Below are positions 26,901-31,309 of a stretch of DNA of 31,309 nucleotides, in pieces. This stretch comes from Clostridia bacterium (GTDB lineage: Bacteria > Bacillota > Clostridia > Christensenellales > UBA1242). A model generated the notes under the pieces. It worked only from the letters and a program-made list of their open reading frames with translations. It made no database searches and was not told where the DNA came from. The translations under genes were made by a program, and so were the position numbers. The DNA lies in the NCBI GenBank assembly GCA_017503445.1, contig JAFVTB010000065.1, positions 1 through 31,309 on the forward strand, given 5' to 3'. Position 1 is the first letter of the stretch. Every line of letters starts with the position of its first letter.

Positions 26901-28922
26901 GCTTGTTGTTTCATAGGCCAAACCGCTTGGGTTTGCTTGGTTTTCGGCAAAAAAGTTTTCATAATCCGTTTGGTTGTCATCGGATTTTATTATATCAAAA
27001 AATCCATATTCCACACCTGTAACACCAAGCCCTTCACGCGTAAGGGTGATGCTTGCACCCTTGGTGATTGCCACGCGGAATTGCCACGCAGCATCATTTT
27101 GACGTTCCATAAATCCAACTGCGGAATTTGTTTGCGCAGAAGGAACAAAAAACTGCACTTCATCTTCCACAAGCTCATAAATCACGCGCACAAATGCCTG
27201 CACAAAATATCCGTTTGCTTGGCGCAAAGTTATTGTGGCTGTGCCTTCCTTGCCTAAAACACTTTGGATTGTAAACTGGAAGAAATCTGTTTGTGCGATT
27301 GGGGCGCTGGTGATTTGGATCACGCTTCCACTTTGTTCAACAGAAAGGCCACGAAGATCCACCGTGTCGGCCGTGAACTGCACAACTTGCGTCATCACTT
27401 GATTGCTTTTAAGATTGTAATAATACATCACTTCGCCATTTGGGGCGGTGATTGTTTCACTGGCATTAATAAAACTCATTTCTGTTGTGCCTGCAGCGGC
27501 GCTGAACGTCAGCACTTGCTTCACAACAGGGTTTTCTTTTGCATAAATCTTCACCTGTCCGGCAAGGGCATTATGTGTGCTTGCCTTAACAAAGATTTTG
27601 CTGTCGCCACTAAACTCAACCTTTCCATCAACAAACTCAAGACCTTGTCCGTCTTCATCAAAAAATTGATATGCGCCCGCATTCACGCCAAGCTCCAAAA
27701 CCAAAAATTTTTCGGCATCTGAAACTGTTGTTGGCAAAACATTGAATGAAAGTTCAAGCCCAAGTTTGTTTTTGTATTCGTTATAAACGGTGAACTGGGT
27801 TTGATTTGAAAGTATGCCATCAACAAACAGTTGGATTTTATTCACGGTGTCCTTCACCACAACTTCAATTGGCTTGGTTGTGAAAGAAAAATCAAAATCG
27901 TTGTATTTGGCCACAAAGCAAATATCATCTTTGCCAAGGGCATCTTCCGCAGAAAGTTCAAACACATATTGTGTTGCCACAAGGTTTCCGTTGCCGTCAG
28001 TAACTTCGGTTTTCTTGCCAATTGCAAAACTGATGTATTTTGATTGTTGACCATTAGTGCTTAAAACATATGGGGTGATTGTAAGCGGCTTGTTTGATTG
28101 CACTTCAATCATAAATTCCACAGATTGCCTTGCCGCAAGGTTTGCGGAAAGTTCAATTGTTTTTGGAAACTCGTCTGTTCCTGGCTGATAAATTGGTTCA
28201 AGTTCCACGCCCGCGTATGTGATTGACTGCACAAGCACAGAATTTTCATCAAGCGGCGCCAAGACATCAACCGTCAAAATTACATCACTGCCCGCAAGGT
28301 GCGGACTTGTGGCACGAATGTCCACCGTTGGTGCGGCATAATCCTTGCCCACCAAAATCATCCCATTTGCAAGGGATATATTTGGATTTGGCACAACAAG
28401 TTCAAAATCCAAAGTTTTTTGAGTGGTGTTTGATGGTGTGAAAGCCACAAGATTTGCGCTTGCCAAATTTTTGGCTTGTCCCTTCACCACAAAAAATTGA
28501 TCCAAAGCTGATGCAGGGGAAATCATCTGCACCGGCACTTCAACCGTTACGGTGAATGTTGCACTTTTGCCGCCCTCAAGGGTTTTCACCTCCACAACCG
28601 CATTTGTGCAAACCGCACTTGCCGAGATTGAAATAACCGTTTCCTGCTGATCATTCATGCTTGTGGTGATGTTCAGTTGGGTGGCATCGGTGCTGACAGA
28701 CAATTCACGGCTTATACCTTCTGCCCCCTCCACCATCGCAATAACCTCTTTAACCTCCGAAACACCGTTTTCAATTTTCAGCACGATTTCAGAAACCGAA
28801 AGATTGACTTTCAGGTTTTCATATTTATCGCCACAGCCGGACAAACTTGCACCAAAAAACATCAGCGCAAAGCACGCCAAAAAGCCCAAAAAAACATTTG
28901 TGATTTTTGCAATTTTTTTCAT
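23958..28922 (-). CDS. Giant lipoprotein A, N-terminal fragment (1,654-aa ORF): lipoprotein signal, Ig-like repeats, first GLUG-type module; the last ~36 codons are off-frame
   Basis: GAGGGT RBS at 28936-28931. Signal MKKIAKITNVFLGFLACFALMFFGAS-LSGC with canonical lipobox Cys30. Rungs such as IGGIVGINAGSIKN and VGGIAGENRGTID. The N-terminus resembles giant B (GC.GDKYENLKVNLSVSEIVL vs AC.TPNYDNVSMSLSTNKIEM). Confidence 0.88.
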   Translation of the reverse strand: MKKIAKITNVFLGFLACFALMFFGASLSGCGDKYENLKVNLSVSEIVLKIENGVSEVKEVIAMVEGAEGISRELSVSTDATQLNITTSMNDQQETVISISASAVCTNAVVEVKTLEGGKSATFTVTVEVPVQMISPASALDQFFVVKGQAKNLASANLVAFTPSNTTQKTLDFELVVPNPNISLANGMILVGKDYAAPTVDIRATSPHLAGSDVILTVDVLAPLDENSVLVQSITYAGVELEPIYQPGTDEFPKTIELSANLAARQSVEFMIEVQSNKPLTITPYVLSTNGQQSKYISFAIGKKTEVTDGNGNLVATQYVFELSAEDALGKDDICFVAKYNDFDFSFTTKPIEVVVKDTVNKIQLFVDGILSNQTQFTVYNEYKNKLGLELSFNVLPTTVSDAEKFLVLELGVNAGAYQFFDEDGQGLEFVDGKVEFSGDSKIFVKASTHNALAGQVKIYAKENPVVKQVLTFSAAAGTTEMSFINASETITAPNGEVMYYYNLKSNQVMTQVVQFTADTVDLRGLSVEQSGSVIQITSAPIAQTDFFQFTIQSVLGKEGTATITLRQANGYFVQAFVRVIYELVEDEVQFFVPSAQTNSAVGFMERQNDAAWQFRVAITKGASITLTREGLGVTGVEYGFFDIIKSDDNQTDYENFFAENQANPSGLAYETTSNVLDTKFLALDQIKPATVGKAWVQVVAKGLKLEETTLNGKTIFQLGEVQYKYYFLVEGYVPVQNFALSTYALNLFSQASVGFEDYHKTAADVVVSLNNATYQNITWLGASPLYQVNGKDVYKTQISDNNKTLSITALSTWIYDDAGNPVLADEVEFAFTALIKEFNTEYRLSVIVKITRAVQVEKIVAHNVNLDTGIYIPLTYDGKAITRQIVANVQVGEGGKMPHNTNLVYEFLPYITAPASAISLNKTTGLLTVAANAKEGTYGQIRIAPADRYNAQNQYAPGANDIALYFTLVVADGQSRETSFRVSSLSDFEAYAQNPNQMQHLHFTLVDNIIVNSASALDESFAISANFAGGLYGALVEGGEKAIITTTLPLFGTLSEKAVIADLMICGEVAGAGFVATENNGLIQNVVVDAQQQTGAFAKPSVLLAESQSQAIGGIVGINAGSIKNTTFAGQIIGENLLSTQSVGGIAGENRGTIDFCAVELCAYVETQGAQTQLGKIDGAAATVGGLVGKLTDGELTNSYIQSYIPLEKATQLLQGGKVGVLVGAIFGGKVNTSFGFVQNQKDMFAQMSGTENLFVENAYITYKAADDAAMLGTYFYNFVKIENTGAAGDLAAIKTNDVWDASGTLPVFKAVKLTAPITQIPDMFAGDFISANQKAILMFWQTAETLSNVEKLALANLNFVAFEDLFENAFGIRAFSNNAAVIAATPVGLQIVGTGAAQVTFYSKYNAEVLKTFEIFVINPIKNPTFIVGVNQYAQNFVLNVKTSAGAGFNVSIAQSKVLDARMIDFVTQDFDVLFDNLAITGSGSGPFTVSTATLADGKTQITYTLNIAGTNTDDILNEILGNKFSGKFTINVYRGADKIEISAADAIMQPADITTLNVQIFTDVKLEDGEGLEIVLQTFGTFPSNLFDYQINLLETKFYTSADLQTMLSDSADAKYLFITLKLSFQSIKNIVPKILQTQHLNLQSHQKPHF

Positions 28923-28963
28923 AGATTTCGACCCTCAAAACCGCTTGGTTTTTCCTTTGTTAT

Positions 28964-28993
28964 ATTATACCAAATTATGTAAAATACTGTCAA
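28964..28993 (-). promoter_or_regulatory. Consensus sigma-A promoter of the giant-lipoprotein operon
   Basis: Minus strand: TTGACA (28993-28988), 18-nt spacer ending in TGG (extended -10 TGn), TATAAT (28969-28964), 41 nt upstream of ATG 28922. Confidence 0.8.
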
Positions 28994-29483
28994 ATTAAAT
29001 GCCCGCAAAGTTTGACATTTTTCGCCCAAAATGGCGTTATTTTATGTTGTGCAAAAGCATCAAAAAAATTGCATGTTTTTTGGGTGGAATTTTTGAATTT
29101 TTAAAGCATTTTTCCATGCACTAAAAAATTTTTACCATTTTTGAAAAAGTTTTTTTGAATATAATTCTTTGTTTTTTATTATAAAAACATTTATTTTTAT
29201 TTTATTTTTTGCATTTTTATTTATTTTTTTGCAAAAAAAACAAAATTTGTTTTAAGCAAACCGATTTCACAAAAACAAAATCATGCTTTTGTTTTTACAA
29301 TAAAAAAAATGCCCAAAATCTTCAGAAATTTTGGTAATTTTTTTGGCTTAAGAAAACATAAAAACACACGTTTCTTTTTTTATAAAACTCTTAAGAAAAT
29401 TAAAAACTTTTGCGAAAAAAATTGATAGTTTTTTATATAAAAAAAACACATTTTTTTATCATTAAGAAATAATAAAAACAATT

Positions 29484-29741
29484 TTATTTTTTATTAAGAT
29501 TTAAAAATTTTTTCTTGGTGGCCAGGCCGCCACGAATGTGCTTTTCTGCAAAATTTTTTGCCAAAACAAATTGCACTTTTTGATAAAGCGCAAAATCAAT
29601 TTTTTGAAGCTTTTTGGACACATCATTATGCACAGTGCTTTTGCTGATTCCATAAACATCTGCAGTTTGGCGCACCGTTTGATTGGTTTGTATGATATGC
29701 TTTGCAAGACTTATCGCGCGTTGTTTTAAGATTATATTCAA
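29484..29741 (-). CDS. spoIIID: Stage III sporulation transcriptional regulator SpoIIID, 85 aa
   Basis: TVRQTADVYGISKSTVHNDVSKKL (HTH) and AEKHIRGGLATKKKF match the SpoIIID family signature. Start placed at TTG 29741 behind GGAGG (29753-29749); the ORF track starts at 29795. Confidence 0.93.
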   Translation of the reverse strand: MNIILKQRAISLAKHIIQTNQTVRQTADVYGISKSTVHNDVSKKLQKIDFALYQKVQFVLAKNFAEKHIRGGLATKKKFLNLNKK

Positions 29742-29765
29742 CTTTTCCCCTCCGCAATTTTTATC

Positions 29766-29794
29766 AATATATGCGGAAATTTTGGGAAAAATCA
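29766..29794 (-). promoter_or_regulatory. Putative sigma-E-type promoter of spoIIID
   Basis: Minus strand TGATTTT-N14-CATATATT, compared with the B. subtilis sigma-E consensus of about TCATATT-N14-CATAcanT. spoIIID is sigma-E dependent in characterised spore formers. Confidence 0.55.
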
Positions 29795-29828
29795 CAATTT
29801 TTTAAAGAAAATTTTTACCGCAAGACAT

Positions 29829-29851
29829 AAAAAAATGGCGATATACGCCAT
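29829..29851 (-). terminator. Intrinsic terminator of acpP
   Basis: Minus strand ATGGCG-tatat-CGCCAT followed by a T run, starting 7 nt after the acpP stop (tandem TAA TAA). Confidence 0.7.
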
Positions 29852-29857
29852 AATTTA

Positions 29858-30088
29858 TTAGTTCAATTTTGATTCAACCACTTTCACAACACCAGCGATC
29901 GTTTTCATTTGTTCAACTTCTTCATCCATAATGCTGATGCCAAATTCATCTTCCAGAACCATAAGCATTTCCATTATATCCAATGAATCCGCGCCCAAAT
30001 CTTCAATCAATCGTGAATCTTCGGTTATTTTTTCAACAGGTTTGCTAAGTTGTGAAGCCACAAGTTGTTTAACTTTATCAAGTGTCAT
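29858..30088 (-). CDS. acpP: Acyl carrier protein, 76 aa
   Basis: LIEDLGADSLDIMEMLMVLEDEFGISI carries the phosphopantetheine-attachment DSL serine; small and acidic. GGAGG-N8-ATG start at 30088 (the ORF track starts at TTG 30103). Confidence 0.95.
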   Translation of the reverse strand: MTLDKVKQLVASQLSKPVEKITEDSRLIEDLGADSLDIMEMLMVLEDEFGISIMDEEVEQMKTIAGVVKVVESKLN

Positions 30089-30111
30089 TAAATTTTCCTC
30101 CAATGCATTAT

Positions 30112-30140
30112 ATTATAGCATTATTCATCACAATTGTAAA
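30112..30140 (-). promoter_or_regulatory. Sigma-A promoter of acpP
   Basis: Minus strand TTTACA (30140-30135), 17 nt ending TGC (extended -10), TATAAT (30117-30112). Confidence 0.75.
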
Positions 30141-30149
30141 GCCAAAAAC

Positions 30150-30740
30150 TTATTTTGATTCAAATTCAAGATAATTTGCCGGATCAATCTTTTTGTTGTT
30201 TTCAATCATAGCAAAATGCAAGTGTTTTCCGTCTGCCGCTTCATTGGTTGCAGTGCTATCAGCTGCACCAAGCTCGGTTCCCGCTTTCACTTTATCACCC
30301 TCTTTCACAAGAACGGTTGAATTAAGCGAACCATACACACTTGAAAGCCCATCTGTATGCTTAATGGTGATGGTTGTGCCATAAAGACTGCTGTTTTCAA
30401 CATCCACAACTTCGCCATCTGCCACCGCAAAAACTTTCATGTCGGAACTTACAAGGTCGATACCATCATGAAATTCCCAGCGTCCAAGCGTTTTACTGAA
30501 GAACAACTCTTCGCTTGAATAATCCTTCAAAAGCTGTGCATTTGCCATTGGCATAGAGAACGTAAGCGGAATCGTACCCACGCTTACAACTGGGTTTTTT
30601 GCCGATGTGTTTACCTTTTGAACATTGGCGCTTAGCCCCGTAACCAAAATTACACCTGCAATTGCCACCACCAGCACCGCCGCCGTGGCATATGTGCCAT
30701 ATTTTTTGAACCATTGAACAATCTTGTTTTGTTTTTCCAT
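30150..30740 (-). CDS. spoIIQ: SpoIIQ-like M23/LytM-family membrane-anchored protein, 196 aa
   Basis: AAGGAGG RBS. N-terminal TM segment (ATAAVLVVAIAGVILVTGL). M23 motifs HDGID (HxxxD) and HLHF (HxH). SVYGSL replaces the YxHL of typical active M23 peptidases, as in SpoIIQ-type proteins. The position upstream of spoIIID matches the conserved clostridial locus. Confidence 0.75.
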   Translation of the reverse strand: MEKQNKIVQWFKKYGTYATAAVLVVAIAGVILVTGLSANVQKVNTSAKNPVVSVGTIPLTFSMPMANAQLLKDYSSEELFFSKTLGRWEFHDGIDLVSSDMKVFAVADGEVVDVENSSLYGTTITIKHTDGLSSVYGSLNSTVLVKEGDKVKAGTELGAADSTATNEAADGKHLHFAMIENNKKIDPANYLEFESK

Positions 30741-30756
30741 ATATCCTCCTTGCCAA

Positions 30757-30785
30757 AAGTGTTGCCACTTTGCTGCATTTTAAAC
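30757..30785 (-). promoter_or_regulatory. Putative sigma-F-type promoter of the spoIIQ-like gene
   Basis: Minus strand GTTTA (30785-30781)-N14-GGCAACACTT (30766-30757), compared with the sigma-F consensus of about GYWTA-N15-GGnnAnAnTW. The spacer is one base short. Confidence 0.5.
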
Positions 30786-30821
30786 ACAAAATTTTATTTT
30801 TTTCATTTTTCAAACAGTTTT

Positions 30822-31277
30822 TTAATATCCACCCAAAATAATTGGGCTGCCAACAATCACAAATTCATTTGAAAAGGCAATCTGAATGTTGATTTTTTGC
30901 CCGCCAACAAAATCAAAAAAAACTCCGCCTTGCGCAAGGCCATAATATATTGTTATATCATCTTGCATTTCGGTTTTCAAAACCCTGATTTGCGAAAGCA
31001 CATCATCCAAAACATTTTTGTTTTGATACCTGACCGAAAAGCCAAAACAGTTTGAAACATTTTTATAAACACTGGCGGCATCAAGTGCAGCGCAAGTGAT
31101 GATTGCACCATCACCATTTTTTTGAACAATTGCATTTTCAACCTGTTGCAATTGTCCGCAATAAAAACAAACGCGTGCATTTTCATCCAGCATCGCAAGA
31201 CGCGAAAGCAAATTGCCATGCAAACTGCACGCACCCAAAAGACAAAAAACAAAACCCAAAACCAAAACTTTTTTCAT
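30822..31277 (-). CDS. YwmB-family-like exported protein (possible lipoprotein), about 151 aa
   Basis: The C-terminus GQKINIQIAF...VIVGSPIILGGY* resembles the YwmB-family ending (INLQIA...GTPII..EY). The N-terminus MKKVLVLGFVFCL-LGAC is lipobox-like. ywmB normally heads the ywmB-murA-spoIID-spoIIQ-spoIIID locus. The frame is open to the window edge, so the start is uncertain. Confidence 0.6.
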   Translation of the reverse strand: MKKVLVLGFVFCLLGACSLHGNLLSRLAMLDENARVCFYCGQLQQVENAIVQKNGDGAIITCAALDAASVYKNVSNCFGFSVRYQNKNVLDDVLSQIRVLKTEMQDDITIYYGLAQGGVFFDFVGGQKINIQIAFSNEFVIVGSPIILGGY

Positions 31278-31309
31278 TTGAAAAAATATTAACAAAAAAA
31301 TATTTTTTA

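Larger units (their letters stand above)
12119..28922 (-). other. Giant surface lipoprotein A locus: one ~5,601-aa gene interrupted by two -1 frameshifts (near 24065 and near 12675); either a sequence error or a recent pseudogene
   Basis: 16,804 nt plus 2 restored bases gives 5,602 codons. The tails of ORFs 23958-28922 and 12184-23907 read as off-frame sequence, while the -1 frame is open and protein-like from 24075 and from 12688. Paralog B is colinear across the first junction. Confidence 0.85.

Noticed and set aside
2296-28922. Giants as M26/IgA1-protease-like (Zmp) metalloproteases, because GLUG motifs occur in that family
   Set aside because: I found no HExxH motif in either protein (near-misses HEENY, HEGIA, HENAG and HEHTS do not fit) and no LPxTG.
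12119-28922. Stop-codon read-through or an alternative genetic code explaining the split ORFs
   Set aside because: The fragments are in different frames (codon starts at 2, 0 and 1 mod 3). Standard code 11 gives intact long ORFs elsewhere, and TGA acts as a stop at 1663.
29271-29296. AAAAACAAAA-tcatgc-TTTTGTTTTT hairpin as the spoIIID terminator
   Set aside because: Only one GC pair, about 190 nt from the stop, and expected by chance in such A/T-run-rich DNA.
30493-30813. 106-aa minus-strand ORF overlapping the spoIIQ-like gene
   Set aside because: It is an alternate frame over a well-supported gene and its promoter, with no motifs.
1-31309. CRISPR arrays, tRNA/rRNA genes, IS elements, prophage genes, long exact DNA repeats
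   Set aside because: None seen. The repetitiveness of the giants is at the degenerate protein-motif level, not exact nucleotide repeats.

Overview
The window looks like chromosome from a spore-forming Bacillota, probably Clostridia (inferred from spoIIID, a spoIIQ-like M23 gene and a ywmB-like gene). Everything except a partial HAD hydrolase at the left edge is on the minus strand. Read from the right: ywmB-like, spoIIQ-like, acpP (own sigma-A promoter and terminator), spoIIID, a 560-bp AT-rich spacer ending in a consensus sigma-A promoter, then about 26.8 kb encoding two tandem paralogous giant lipoproteins, a 194-aa exported protein and a translationally coupled phosphohexomutase. A bidirectional terminator closes the unit. 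The three ORFs 23958-28922, 12184-23907 and 12119-12475 are pieces of one ~5,600-aa gene (giant A) broken by two single-base (-1) frameshifts. The uninterrupted 3,251-aa paralog (giant B) aligns by eye across the first break. Both giants have an N-terminal lipobox, alternate Ig-like beta-sandwich stretches with GLUG-type (GG[IL]VG..N.G.I.N) beta-helix modules, and show no C-terminal wall anchor and no HExxH motif. A is B's scaffold plus about 2,350 extra distal residues ending in an aromatic-rich tip. I saw no rRNA, tRNA, CRISPR array, transposase or reverse transcriptase. All alignments and motif calls were made by eye; no database searches were run.
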